Below are positions 27,447-37,301 of a stretch of 64,000 bases of DNA, one piece after another. This stretch comes from an uncultured Enterobacteriaceae bacterium (GTDB lineage Bacteria > Verrucomicrobiota > Verrucomicrobiia > Opitutales > UBA953): positions 104 through 64,103 of the forward strand of contig CAZWIK010000007.1 in assembly GCA_964633895.1 (NCBI GenBank). The letters are read 5' to 3'. The notes beneath the pieces are model-generated. The model had not been told where the DNA came from, did not search any database, and worked only from the letters and a program-made list of their open reading frames with translations. The position numbers were made by a program, and so were the translations under genes. How positions within the stretch are numbered: position 1 is the first letter of the stretch; every line of letters begins with the position of its first letter.

Positions 27447-28487
27447 ATGATGACGATGAGACACGAAAAACAGAAAATGCGCCGGCGGGCGTTCACGCTG
27501 ATCGAGCTGATGGCGGCGACGGCGATCATGATTATTCTCGTGATGTTCGTCACCACCATCGCCGTGAACATGTTGCGCGTCTACGACAAGACGATCGCGA
27601 CGCTCTCCACCAACGCCGACGCGGGAATGCTTCTCGATCCGTTCCAGGACGACCTGCTGTCGGCGGCGATGCCCGACGACGGGAACTACTGGTTCGAAAT
27701 CCGCTACGAATCCGACGTGGACAACGTGGAAAAAACTTCCGCGCCAGATATCTTGTTTTTCTCGCGTCCGCAGGACCGCATTCGACGGGAACGCAACTCC
27801 AAAGACATTCTGCCCGGCGATCTCTGCGCCGTCGCATACAAACTGGCGCACCAGTCGCCGTTCGGTTCGAAATTTTCGTCGTCGTCCGGCAATCTCGTTT
27901 ACGGTCTCTATCGCTCGGTGCTGAACGCGAAGGACACCTTCGGCTCCGCGCTCCCGTTCATCATCGGACAGAAGAGCACGTCGGACACGACGAAGTTGCC
28001 GTCCGGCTTTTGGAAAAGCGGCACGCAGATCGAAGATCCGTCCAACAAACAGTCGTATTCCGCCGGCGCGTGGCGCACGGAACTTCAGAATTTCCTCGTC
28101 GACGGAATCGTCGATTTTTCCGTGTTTTTCTGGTTCGACGACTTTTCCGACGGCAAGCGGAAAATCGCCGCCGTGAACAATTCCAAGCTCGTGCAGAAGC
28201 TGCGCTCGCTTTTCCCGAACACGACCGTCGTGACTTTTGAAAAATCTCTCGCGGCGAGCGCGGGAACGCTCGTATTCGACGATAATTTTTCCGGAAAAAC
28301 TTCCGGCGCGCTCCGCTCGCTGGACGTTTCCATTACCGTGCTCGATCCCGAAGGGAAAGAGCTTCTTCAAGCGAAGCAAGAGCAGAAAAGTTCCGGAAAA
28401 ATCGACGAAGCCGAGTTCGAGGAAATTCTGCTGGAACACGGCGCGACATTTTCCCGCGCCTGCTCGCTGTTCGGCGGTTCCCGCTGA
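27447..28487 (+). CDS. Prepilin-type protein (Verru_Chthon cassette C-like)
   Basis: RA|FTLIELMAATAIMIIL, and LLVDGIVDF-like plus DVSITVLD C-terminal strands. Confidence 0.8.
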   Translation: MMTMRHEKQKMRRRAFTLIELMAATAIMIILVMFVTTIAVNMLRVYDKTIATLSTNADAGMLLDPFQDDLLSAAMPDDGNYWFEIRYESDVDNVEKTSAPDILFFSRPQDRIRRERNSKDILPGDLCAVAYKLAHQSPFGSKFSSSSGNLVYGLYRSVLNAKDTFGSALPFIIGQKSTSDTTKLPSGFWKSGTQIEDPSNKQSYSAGAWRTELQNFLVDGIVDFSVFFWFDDFSDGKRKIAAVNNSKLVQKLRSLFPNTTVVTFEKSLAASAGTLVFDDNFSGKTSGALRSLDVSITVLDPEGKELLQAKQEQKSSGKIDEAEFEEILLEHGATFSRACSLFGGSR

Positions 28488-28561
28488 GATTTTGCCGTCG
28501 CGGGAACGCTTCGCGGACGGAATCTGTTTTTCCTGAAAAAAAAGACGCGGGAACGCACGGA

Positions 28562-29002
28562 ATGAATTTTCTTGCGATCGATTACGGCGAAAAACGCATC
28601 GGACTGGCGTGGGGAGACTCGGAAATCGGCATCGCGATGCCCGTTCCCGCCGCGGTCGAGCGGGACTTCGAAGCACGGCTCGCGCATGTCGGCGAGGAAA
28701 TTTCCGCGCGTCGCGTCGGCAGGCTGATCGTCGGTTATCCCGTGAACATGGACGGTTCGCACGGCTACAAGACGCGGGAAACGGACGAATTCATCGCCGC
28801 GCTTGAAGCGCGTTTCGGCTTGCCCGTCGTCCGCGTGGACGAAACGCTTTCAAGCTACGAAGCCGAGGCGGGAATGTCCGCGAAACGCAAGGGCGGGCGC
28901 GACGCGCGTTCCCGCAGCCGGCATCGGCGCACCGGCGAAATCGATTCCCGCGCCGCCGCCGTCATTCTTCAGGATTACTTCAACGCGACGTTCCGCCTCT
29001 GA
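28562..29002 (+). CDS. ruvX: Holliday junction resolvase-like RuvX/YqgF
   Basis: [23 protein letters not shown] and [10 protein letters not shown]. Confidence 0.93.
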   Translation: MNFLAIDYGEKRIGLAWGDSEIGIAMPVPAAVERDFEARLAHVGEEISARRVGRLIVGYPVNMDGSHGYKTRETDEFIAALEARFGLPVVRVDETLSSYEAEAGMSAKRKGGRDARSRSRHRRTGEIDSRAAAVILQDYFNATFRL

Positions 29003-29061
29003 ATCGAGCCGCCACCCCACCGAGAAAAAAAACTTGCGCACAGGCGGGAACGCAAGAAATC

Positions 29062-29090
29062 TTGACCGCGCGGCGCGGTGCACGTAAAAT
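29062..29090 (+). promoter_or_regulatory. sigma70-type promoter of nagB-ROK
   Basis: TTGACC (29062-29067), 17 nt spacer, TAAAAT (29085-29090). Confidence 0.7.
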
Positions 29091-29148
29091 CAAAATCTCA
29101 TTTATCCCCGTATTATTTAACTGTTTTTTACCAAAAAAATTAACCGCT

Positions 29149-29913
29149 ATGAGCAACTCAAAAATCGTTATCAAGGTTTCCGACACGAAGGAAGAAGCCG
29201 TTAAAGCCGTTGCCGCAGAGATCGCGGCGCTTATCCGTTCCCGCGCGGCGGAAGGCAAAGAAGCCGTTCTCGGGCTGGCGACGGGATCGACGCCAGTCGT
29301 TCTCTACAAGGAACTCATCCGCCTGCACAAGGAAGAAGGATTGAGCTTCAAGAACGTGACGAGCTTCAACCTCGACGAATACTACGGACTGCCGGGAACG
29401 CACGATCAGAGCTACCGCTATTTCATGAACACGGAGCTGTTCGACCACGTCGACATCGACAAGGCGAAGACGCACGTGCCGGACGGAACCGTTCCCGCCG
29501 ACAAAGTCGCCGAAATGTGCGCGAAATATGACGCCGACATCAAGGCGGCGGGCGGAATCGACATTCAGATTCTCGGCATCGGACGCACGGGACACATCGG
29601 ATTCAACGAACCGCCCTGCGGACCGGAAACGCGCACGCATCAGGTCAAGCTCGACGAGCTGACGATCAAGGACAACGCGCGCCTTTTCTTCCACGGAAAA
29701 ATCGAAGAAGTCCCGACCTCCGCCGTAACGATGGGCGTCGGCACGATTCTCGAATCCAAGAAAATCATCCTTCTCGCGTGGGGCGACAACAAGGCGGACA
29801 TCATTCACCGCTCCGCCTGCGAGGCACCGAGCAAAAACTGCCCGGCGAGCTGGCTGCAGAATCACGACAACTGCGTCTTCGTTCTCGACAAAGCCGCAGC
29901 CGCGAAACTCTGA
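29149..29913 (+). CDS. nagB: Glucosamine-6-phosphate deaminase
   Basis: [17 protein letters not shown] and [14 protein letters not shown]. Confidence 0.96.
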   Translation: MSNSKIVIKVSDTKEEAVKAVAAEIAALIRSRAAEGKEAVLGLATGSTPVVLYKELIRLHKEEGLSFKNVTSFNLDEYYGLPGTHDQSYRYFMNTELFDHVDIDKAKTHVPDGTVPADKVAEMCAKYDADIKAAGGIDIQILGIGRTGHIGFNEPPCGPETRTHQVKLDELTIKDNARLFFHGKIEEVPTSAVTMGVGTILESKKIILLAWGDNKADIIHRSACEAPSKNCPASWLQNHDNCVFVLDKAAAAKL

Positions 29914-30024
29914 AACAATGAAAATCGGCAACCGGCGGGCGAGTTCCGTTCCCGTCGCCGGTTGCCGACTTTTGACCGAACCTGAAATCCCGACAACGTT
30001 ATTCCCGAACAATTTTTAAATTTT

Positions 30025-31422
30025 ATGAAGATTACCGTTTCCCCCAAATTCGTTCCCGAAATCGATCCCGCGTTCGTTCCCGCCGTGCTGTGGAACCGCG
30101 AATACCGCAAGCTCGCGGAAAAGACCGCCGGTTCCGCGCCGCTCGCCATCGGGCTTTCCCGCTCGGACGGCACGGCGTCCGTCTTCCGCACGGTCTGCCT
30201 GCCGCACGAAGGCGACAACGTCGCGCTGAACAAAATCTACATCGAACGCCTCGTGAAGTTCCTGCTTTGGGCGCGCGGCGGGAACAAGATTTACGTTTCC
30301 GGAAAATACGCCGAACCCGTCGCGGCGATGCTCAAAAGCATTTACTGCAAAGGAGGCGCGCGCGAATTCGACGTCGGATTCGTGAAACAGCTTTTCGGCG
30401 AAGACCTCGAAATCAACGTGGTTGATGAAGCCGGTTTGCCGAAGGAAGCGGCGTCGCATCTGCCGCTCGGACGCAATCTCGACGGCTGCCGCATCGGTTT
30501 CGACCTCGGCGGAAGCGACCGCAAGTGCGCGGCGCTGATCGACGGCAAAGTCGTTTTCTCCGAAGAAGTCAAATGGGACCCGTATTTCCAGGCGGATCCG
30601 GAATATCACTATCAGGGCATCATGCACTCGCTGAAACTCGCCGCGGATCATTTGCCGCGCGTCGATGCGATCGGCGGTTCTTCGGCGGGCGACTACATCA
30701 ACAACCGCGTCGGCGTGGCTTCGCTGTTCCGCGGCGTGAAAGACCCCGTTCTTTTCGAAAAACGCGTTAAAAACATGTTCATCGACATCGCCAAGGAATG
30801 GGGCGTGCCGTTTGAAGTCATCAACGACGGCGACGTTACCGCGCTCGCGGGCTCGATGAGCATGAACAAAAACGCCGTGCTCGGCATCGCGATGGGAACG
30901 TCCGTCGCGGCGGGCTACGTCGATCCGGAAGGACACATGACGAACTGGATTTCCGAACTCGCGTTCGTTCCCGTGGATTACCGCGAGAACGGTCCGGCGG
31001 ACGAATGGTCGGGCGACCTCGGCTGCGGCGTGCAGTATTTCTCGCAGCAGGGAACGGGACGCCTCATTCCGCTTGCGGGAATCGATCTTCCCGCGGAAAT
31101 GCGCCTGCCGGAAAAACTCGAAGAGCTGCAGAAGCTGATGAAGGCGAACGACCCGCGCGCGCGCAAGGTTTACGAAGCGATCGGCATCTGCTTCGGCTAC
31201 ACGCTTGCGCACTTCGCGGAATTTTTCGCCTACGAAAATCTGCTCATCATGGGGCGCGTGACGACGGGCGAGGGCGGTTCGATCATCATCGACAAGGCGA
31301 ACGAAGTCCTCAAAGCCGAGTTCCCGGAACTCAAAATCAATCTCGTCGTTCCCGACGAAAAGGACAAGCGCCACGGACAGGCGATCGCCGCCGCGTCTCT
31401 TCCCGCCATTCCGAAGAAATAA
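30025..31422 (+). CDS. ROK family sugar kinase/regulator
   Basis: GFDLGGSDRK, NDGDVTALAG and GIAMGTS; downstream of nagB. Confidence 0.85.
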   Translation: MKITVSPKFVPEIDPAFVPAVLWNREYRKLAEKTAGSAPLAIGLSRSDGTASVFRTVCLPHEGDNVALNKIYIERLVKFLLWARGGNKIYVSGKYAEPVAAMLKSIYCKGGAREFDVGFVKQLFGEDLEINVVDEAGLPKEAASHLPLGRNLDGCRIGFDLGGSDRKCAALIDGKVVFSEEVKWDPYFQADPEYHYQGIMHSLKLAADHLPRVDAIGGSSAGDYINNRVGVASLFRGVKDPVLFEKRVKNMFIDIAKEWGVPFEVINDGDVTALAGSMSMNKNAVLGIAMGTSVAAGYVDPEGHMTNWISELAFVPVDYRENGPADEWSGDLGCGVQYFSQQGTGRLIPLAGIDLPAEMRLPEKLEELQKLMKANDPRARKVYEAIGICFGYTLAHFAEFFAYENLLIMGRVTTGEGGSIIIDKANEVLKAEFPELKINLVVPDEKDKRHGQAIAAASLPAIPKK

Positions 31423-31450
31423 ACCGACGCCTCCGCGTCCGGCTTCGACG

Positions 31451-31490
31451 AAAAAGCGTTCCCGCGATTCCGCTGCGGGAACGCTTTTTT
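31451..31490 (+). terminator. Intrinsic terminator whose stem is an inverted pair of the abundant motif
   Basis: aaaaagcgttcccgc (31451-31465) and gcgggaacgcttttt (31475-31489). Confidence 0.85.
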
Positions 31491-31535
31491 CCGTTTGCGC
31501 GGGCGGAAACGCGGGATTATTTTTTCCCCGCTCAT

Positions 31536-32486
31536 ATGGAAAAAAACGACGAAGACATTTTCGCGGGAACGGACGTGCTGAAAACGGTGCGCGACTGGAC
31601 GCGCTTCGCCGTTTCGCTTTTCACGGCGCGCGGGCTTTTTTTCGGGCAAGGCATGAGTTCCGCCTACGACGAAGCCGTGTATCTAATTTTTCATACGCTT
31701 TCGCTTCCGACGGACGGCGGCGCGGAAACGTTTTTCGACGCGCGTCTGACAACGCGGGAAATCGCCGACGTCAAAGCCGTGCTTCGCCGCCGCGCGGTCG
31801 AGCGCGTTCCCGCGGCGTATATCACGCGCGAAGCGTGGCTCGGCGGCTTTCGTTTTTACGTCGATGAGCGCGTCATCGTGCCGCGTTCGTATTTCACGGA
31901 AATCATTCCGGAAAAAATTCTGCCGTGGATTCCGGGCATGGACGCCGATGCAGTCGAAACCGCCGTCGACGTCTGCACGGGCGGCGGCTCTCTCGCGATC
32001 CTGCTTGCGGACGCGTTCCCGCGGGCGCACGTTCACGCGGGCGACATTTCCGACGCGGCGCTCGAAGTCGCGCGGAAAAACGTCGAGGACTACGCGCTGG
32101 AAGACCGCGTTTCGCTCTGGAAAAGCGACGTGCTTGACGGCGTTCCCGTCGAGGACGAAAGCTGCGACGTCATCATTTCCAATCCGCCTTACGAACCGGA
32201 ATCGCTGCGCAAAGGTTTGCCGGAGGAATTTCGGCGCGAGCCGGACAACGCGCTTTTTTCCGGCGAAGACGGGCTGGACGTGATTCGGAAACTGCTCCCG
32301 CAGGCGGCGAAAAAACTGAAACGCAACGGCGTGCTACTGATTGAAGTCGGCGGTTTGCAGGACGCGCTCGCGGACGCGTTCCCGCGGCTCGAGATGAGCT
32401 GGCTCGATACGGCGGACGGCTCGAACTGCATCTGCGCGATTTCCGCTTCGTCGCTCCGCGCGGTGTTTTCATCGAAAGAAAAGTAA
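31536..32486 (+). CDS. prmB: Ribosomal protein L3 N5-glutamine methyltransferase
   Basis: FFGQGMSSAYDEA, FYVDERVIVPRS, DVCTGGG and SNPPY. Confidence 0.92.
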   Translation: MEKNDEDIFAGTDVLKTVRDWTRFAVSLFTARGLFFGQGMSSAYDEAVYLIFHTLSLPTDGGAETFFDARLTTREIADVKAVLRRRAVERVPAAYITREAWLGGFRFYVDERVIVPRSYFTEIIPEKILPWIPGMDADAVETAVDVCTGGGSLAILLADAFPRAHVHAGDISDAALEVARKNVEDYALEDRVSLWKSDVLDGVPVEDESCDVIISNPPYEPESLRKGLPEEFRREPDNALFSGEDGLDVIRKLLPQAAKKLKRNGVLLIEVGGLQDALADAFPRLEMSWLDTADGSNCICAISASSLRAVFSSKEK

Positions 32487-33283
32487 TGTCGAGACTCGCG
32501 TTCCAGATTATCGGCAGCAGCTCGTCGGGCAACTGCGCCGTGTTGCGCTCGCCCGCCTGCACGGTGCTCATCGACGCGGGATTTTCCGGAAAAAAAATTC
32601 AGTCCGGGCTTTCCGAGCTGGGGCTTTCTCTGCGGGACATCGACGCCGTTTTCTTCACGCACGAACATCAGGATCACTGCGCGGGCGCGGGCGCGCTTTC
32701 CCGCGAGGAACATTTGTGCTTTTTCGCGAATCGCCTGACGGCGGACGGCATCGACCGCAAATGCGGACGCCGTCTGGAATGGCAGTTTTTTGAAACGGGA
32801 ACGGCGTTCGAATTTTGCGATCTGCGCGTGAGCGCGTTCCCGATTCCGCACGACACGAACGATCCCGTCGGCTTCGTTTTTTCCTGCGGAGAAACCGCGG
32901 GAACGACCGAAAAACTCGCGTGGGTCACGGACTGCGGGAAAATCACCAATCCCGTGCGCCGCGCGGTTGCGGACGTGGATACGCTGGTGCTCGAGGCGAA
33001 TTACGACGAAAAAATGCTCAACGCCTCCGCGCGTCCGATCGAGCTGAAAGCGCGCATTCGCGGCACGCACGGGCATTTGTCCAACGACGCGGTGGCGGAA
33101 TTTCTGCGCGATTACGAAAATCCGCGGCTGGAACGCCTGTATTTCGCGCACGTCAGCAAAGAATGCAACGACTGCAGGCTGATCGGCGGAACGTGCGTTC
33201 CCGCGCTCGGCGCGCGCGCGTCCTGCGCGTCGATCGTCGATCCTCGCGTTCTCCTTCCCGCCAGCGCGGGCTGGGGATTTTGA
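32486..33283 (+). CDS. MBL-fold metallo-hydrolase (YycJ/WalJ-like)
   Basis: GSSSSGNC, THEHQDH and GHLSN motifs. Confidence 0.88.
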   Translation: MSRLAFQIIGSSSSGNCAVLRSPACTVLIDAGFSGKKIQSGLSELGLSLRDIDAVFFTHEHQDHCAGAGALSREEHLCFFANRLTADGIDRKCGRRLEWQFFETGTAFEFCDLRVSAFPIPHDTNDPVGFVFSCGETAGTTEKLAWVTDCGKITNPVRRAVADVDTLVLEANYDEKMLNASARPIELKARIRGTHGHLSNDAVAEFLRDYENPRLERLYFAHVSKECNDCRLIGGTCVPALGARASCASIVDPRVLLPASAGWGF

Positions 33284-33413
33284 CGCTTCGCGCGGCGGGA
33301 ACGGCGCGATTTTTGCGGGCTTGACAGGCGAAAGCGGAAACGCTTCTATAACGGGCGATTTGAAGCACTTCGCTTCTCCTTCCCGTTAAACCAAAATTGG
33401 AGATTTTTCAGAA

Positions 33414-33992
33414 ATGACCATCGGCCTTACGGGCGGAATCGGTTGCGGGAAATCTTCGGTGATTCCCGCCTTTGAAAAAATCGGTTTCGCCGCAATCGAT
33501 GCGGACAAGCTCGCGTCCGAAATTCATTCCGAAGAGGAAACCCGCCGTTTCGTGCGGGAACGTTTCGGCGAAAACTGCATCGGTCAAGACGGCGCAATCC
33601 GCAAGGCGGAGCTGGCGAAAATCGTTTTTTCCGACGCTTCGGCGCGCGCCGATCTGGAAGCGTTCATGCACCCGAAAATCCGCGCGGCGTGGCGGGAACG
33701 CATCGCCGCCGCCTCGTCCGACGAAAAAATCGTCGTGGAGGTGCCGCTTCTTTTCGAGAAAAATTACGAAGGCGATTTCGATTTTTCGGTCTGCGTCGCC
33801 TCTTCTCCGACCGTCCAGCTTTTGCGCCTGGAAGCGCGCGGACTGCCGCGGGAACAGGCGCGGGAACGCATCGCGGCGCAGATGCCGCTCGAAGAAAAAA
33901 TCCGCCGCGCCGACGCCGTGATTTTCAACGACGGTTCTCGCGCGTTTCTCGAAGCGCAGGCGAAAACGGCGGTCGAAATGTTCGCGCGATGA
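33414..33992 (+). CDS. coaE: Dephospho-CoA kinase
   Basis: IGLTGGIGCGKS, HPKI, VEVPLLFE and AQMP. Confidence 0.94.
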   Translation: MTIGLTGGIGCGKSSVIPAFEKIGFAAIDADKLASEIHSEEETRRFVRERFGENCIGQDGAIRKAELAKIVFSDASARADLEAFMHPKIRAAWRERIAAASSDEKIVVEVPLLFEKNYEGDFDFSVCVASSPTVQLLRLEARGLPREQARERIAAQMPLEEKIRRADAVIFNDGSRAFLEAQAKTAVEMFAR

Positions 33993-34030
33993 ATTTTTGA
34001 ATTGTTTGTAAAAGAAAAAAATAAATAAAA

Positions 34031-36361
34031 ATGGATACAGAAAATCCGGAAACGAATGACATTTCCCTTACGGGCGGAGACGCGCCAGAAACGGGCGTTC
34101 CCGCGGAAAACTCCGCCGTTCCCGCGCCGAAGCGGCGCGGTCGTCCGCCGAAAAATCCGGACGCGACGCCGGTCGTGAAGCGCCCGCGCGGGCGTCCCCG
34201 CAAAACGGCAGAAGTGCCGGCGGCGGAAAATATTCCGCCCGCTTCCGTTCCCGCGCCCGAACCGGAAATTCCGTCCGTTTCCGTTCCCGCGCCCGAATCG
34301 GAAATTCCGTGCGCTTCCGTTCCCGCCGCCGCGCCCGCGGAATCTCCGTCCGCGTCGGAATCCATGCCGCCGGTGAACGTTTCGCCGGACGTTCCTGCGC
34401 CGGAAAAACTGCTCTTTTCTTTTGAGCCGGAAAACGAGTCGGAGCCTGCTCCCGCGAAAGACGCGCCGGAAGCCGTCGCGCCTGCTTCCGTTCCCGCGCC
34501 TGCTTCCGTTCCCGCGCCCGCGTCGGACGCGTCGTCTGCGTCCGTCGAAGACGAGACGCCTCCGTTCCCGTCCGTCAAGCCCGTCGAGCCCAAACCTTGG
34601 GAAAAGAAGGATCGCCCGTGGCAGCAGAAAAAGCAGTGGGAACCTCGCGGGAACGAAAACGCGGGCGGCGGTTTCGCGCCTCAGAACGGCGGAAAGCCGT
34701 GGGAAAGGAAAGACCGTCCGGCGTTCCCGCCGCGTCCGCAGCAGCCGAAATTCGGCGGCGGAAAATTCAACGCGCAGGGCAAGTTCGAAAAGTTCCGCGG
34801 GAACGACAAAGCGCCGGCGAAGCGAAGCTGGGGCGAACTGGCGAACACGGATTCCGCCGAGGAAGCGTCGCTTTCTCTCGGCACGGCGTATGATTACAAT
34901 TTGCTGAACGACGAGGCGTATCTCGACGAGCTTTCCCGGCTCGCCCGCCACGTGGCGAAGCGCGCGGACGGCGCGTCCGCCGTGCCGTCGACGCCGACGC
35001 CCACCGACGTTCCCGCGGCGGAAAACGCGCCCGCGGATTCGCCCGTTCCCGCGCCCGCGCGCGCCGAATTGCTGCCGGATCTTCCCGCGGCGACGATTGA
35101 TTTCAACGAAGTTTACGAATCGTCGATGTCGATGCTGATCGCCGCCGCGAAATCGTTCGGCATTCCCGTTTTCCGCAATCCAGTGCGCCGTCCGCTCGTG
35201 AAAAAAATTCTGCGCGCGGCGTTCGCGGAAAGCCGTCCGATCGCGATCCGCGGCACGCTGGAAATGCTCGCCGACGGGAACGGTCTTCTGCTCTACGGTT
35301 GCGACAGCTACCGCGTGAAGGAGCTGAGCGCGTTCGTGCCGCAACTTCTGATCAAAAAATTCGGACTGCAACGCGGACACGACATCGAGGCGATCGCCTA
35401 TCCGCCGATGAAAGGCGAAACCGCGCCGATCGTCGTTCACATTTGTTCGATCGCGGGAGCCGATCCCGGAACCGTCAAGGATTTGACGCCGTTTACGGAA
35501 TTGACGCCGTATTATCCGACCGAACGCATCATGCTCGAAACGGACGAAACCGTCGAGTGGAACAATCTTTCCATGCGCTGCGTCGATCTGCTTTGCCCGA
35601 TCGGACTCGGTCAGCGCGGACTCATCGTCGCGCCGCCGCGCACGGGAAAAACGGTGCTGCTTCAGGCGATCGCCAATTCCATCGCGAAAAACAAGCCGGA
35701 CGCGCATCTGATCGTGTTGCTCGTGGACGAACGCCCCGAAGAAGTGACGGATTTCAAGCGCAAGACCAAGCACGGCGAAGTCATTTCCTCGACGTTCGAC
35801 GAGAACGCCGAAAACCACGTTCACGTCGCGGAAATGGTCATCGAGCGCGCACGCCGCATGGTCGAACTCGGCAAGAACGTCATCATTCTGCTCGATTCGA
35901 TCACGCGCCTCGCGCGCGCCTACAACACGCTGATGCCGAACGGAGGGAAAATTCTTTCCGGCGGCGTCGAGGCGGGAGCGCTTTCCAAGCCGAAACGCTT
36001 TTTCGGCTCCGCGCGGAACATCGAAAACGGCGGTTCGCTGACGATTCTCGGCACGGCGCTCATCGACACGGGATCGAAAATGGACGAAGTCATTTTCGAA
36101 GAATTCAAAGGCACGGGCAACATGGAACTCGACCTCGACCGCGAGCTCGCGAACAAGCGCATTTATCCGGCGATCAATTTCGAACGTTCGGGAACGCGCA
36201 AGGAAGAACTGCTTTATCATCCGCAGGAAATGCAGTGCGTTTATTCCATGCGCCGCGCGATGAAGGGCGTTCCCTCGATCGAGGCAATGGAAATGCTCAT
36301 TTCCCGCATGAAAAAGACGAAAACCAACGCCGAATTTCTGATGACGCTTGCCGGGCGCTGA
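34031..36361 (+). CDS. rho: Transcription termination factor Rho with long N-terminal disordered extension
   Basis: [39 protein letters not shown] and FKGTGNMEL; about 300 extra Pro/Ala/Glu- and Lys/Gln-rich N-terminal residues. Confidence 0.96.
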   Translation: MDTENPETNDISLTGGDAPETGVPAENSAVPAPKRRGRPPKNPDATPVVKRPRGRPRKTAEVPAAENIPPASVPAPEPEIPSVSVPAPESEIPCASVPAAAPAESPSASESMPPVNVSPDVPAPEKLLFSFEPENESEPAPAKDAPEAVAPASVPAPASVPAPASDASSASVEDETPPFPSVKPVEPKPWEKKDRPWQQKKQWEPRGNENAGGGFAPQNGGKPWERKDRPAFPPRPQQPKFGGGKFNAQGKFEKFRGNDKAPAKRSWGELANTDSAEEASLSLGTAYDYNLLNDEAYLDELSRLARHVAKRADGASAVPSTPTPTDVPAAENAPADSPVPAPARAELLPDLPAATIDFNEVYESSMSMLIAAAKSFGIPVFRNPVRRPLVKKILRAAFAESRPIAIRGTLEMLADGNGLLLYGCDSYRVKELSAFVPQLLIKKFGLQRGHDIEAIAYPPMKGETAPIVVHICSIAGADPGTVKDLTPFTELTPYYPTERIMLETDETVEWNNLSMRCVDLLCPIGLGQRGLIVAPPRTGKTVLLQAIANSIAKNKPDAHLIVLLVDERPEEVTDFKRKTKHGEVISSTFDENAENHVHVAEMVIERARRMVELGKNVIILLDSITRLARAYNTLMPNGGKILSGGVEAGALSKPKRFFGSARNIENGGSLTILGTALIDTGSKMDEVIFEEFKGTGNMELDLDRELANKRIYPAINFERSGTRKEELLYHPQEMQCVYSMRRAMKGVPSIEAMEMLISRMKKTKTNAEFLMTLAGR
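34243..34326 (+). repeat. 36-bp tandem repeat (about 2.3 copies) in the rho extension
   Basis: Units start at 34243, 34279 and 34315 (ttccgttcccgcgcccgaa.cggaaattccgt); also an 18-bp duplication at 34481-34516. Confidence 0.9.
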
Positions 36362-36495
36362 CGCAGGTTTTTTCGTCCATTTACGCAAAGCGTTTCCGCG
36401 CGGCGAAAGCCGTTCCCGCGGGAACGCTTTTTTTTTGCGCGGGAACGCCTCGTCGGCGAGATTCAAAGCCGCGCCGCGCGCTGGAGCGAAAAAAT

Positions 36496-36530
36496 TTGAC
36501 AACGATGTGTGTGGGGGGGGGGGATTGAAT
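36496..36530 (+). promoter_or_regulatory. Candidate promoter with G11 tract in the spacer
   Basis: TTGACA at 36496, G11 at 36513-36523, TTGAAT at 36525-36530, ATG at 36540. Confidence 0.4.
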
Positions 36531-36539
36531 GGTCTGCAT

Positions 36540-37292
36540 ATGAAAAATCTCTCGCTGAAAGCCGCGTTGTTCTCTCTGTTTTTTCCGATTTCGGCGCCGG
36601 CGGAAGTCGTCGTCACGCCGTTCGGCGTTTTCGATCCCGCGAAAAACGTGAAAGTTAGCTACAACGTCAAGACAGAGAACGGCGTTGAAATGAAATCCAG
36701 CATCGTCGCTCCCGGCAAAGTTTCGGACAAAAAGGAGCTGGACGCGCTCGTCAAAAAACTCGGCAGCGTGAAATTCGTCGTTTCGCCGGAAGACGTGAAA
36801 ACGATTGTCGACGACAGGATTTGGACGACGATGATGAAGCCGGATCCGGGCGCGACGGCGGCGTCGTTCCGCACGAAAGTCTACAACCGCTTGAAGTCGC
36901 AGATTATCGTCGAAACGCGGAAATATTACAGGGAAAACATTCCCGGTGCCGTGTTGCCGAACGCGGCGTTCATCAACGAGGGCGGCGGCTCTTACGTGAT
37001 CGTCGATAAAGAGAAGCGTCCGCTCGGTACGCTGATCGTTTCCTACACGATGGATTTTTCGCCGCCGACGCACGGGGAGGCGGAAAGCGTCGACTTCATC
37101 GTGCTCTCGAAAATTCCGGCGAATTGGCGTTCGATCGAACCGTTTTCAATCGGCGAGGCTTGGAGAACGTATCAAATGCCGAGCGGAGAAAAGGTCTGCG
37201 CCAAGCATTTCGGCAAGATGATTCACGTCGTGAGCTTCAAAGCGAATGCGAAAATAACCTACACGTTCAACAGACTGGAAAAGAAGGAGTAA
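36540..37292 (+). CDS. Hypothetical exported protein
   Basis: Signal-peptide-like MKNLSLKAALFSLFFPISAPA; no family recognised. Confidence 0.7.
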   Translation: MKNLSLKAALFSLFFPISAPAEVVVTPFGVFDPAKNVKVSYNVKTENGVEMKSSIVAPGKVSDKKELDALVKKLGSVKFVVSPEDVKTIVDDRIWTTMMKPDPGATAASFRTKVYNRLKSQIIVETRKYYRENIPGAVLPNAAFINEGGGSYVIVDKEKRPLGTLIVSYTMDFSPPTHGEAESVDFIVLSKIPANWRSIEPFSIGEAWRTYQMPSGEKVCAKHFGKMIHVVSFKANAKITYTFNRLEKKE

Positions 37293-37301
37293 AATTTTTC
37301 C

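Noticed and set aside
33321-33352. Promoter TTGACA...TATAAC upstream of coaE-rho
   Set aside because: The 20-nt spacer is outside the usual range. It is plausible but not supportable as a feature.
33764-36616. Very long antisense or alternate-frame ORFs (e.g. 33764-36616, 14582-16660, 20976-22499, 46250-47725, 50530-52050)
   Set aside because: They are Arg-rich shadow frames of well-supported genes in high-GC DNA, with no recognisable motifs.
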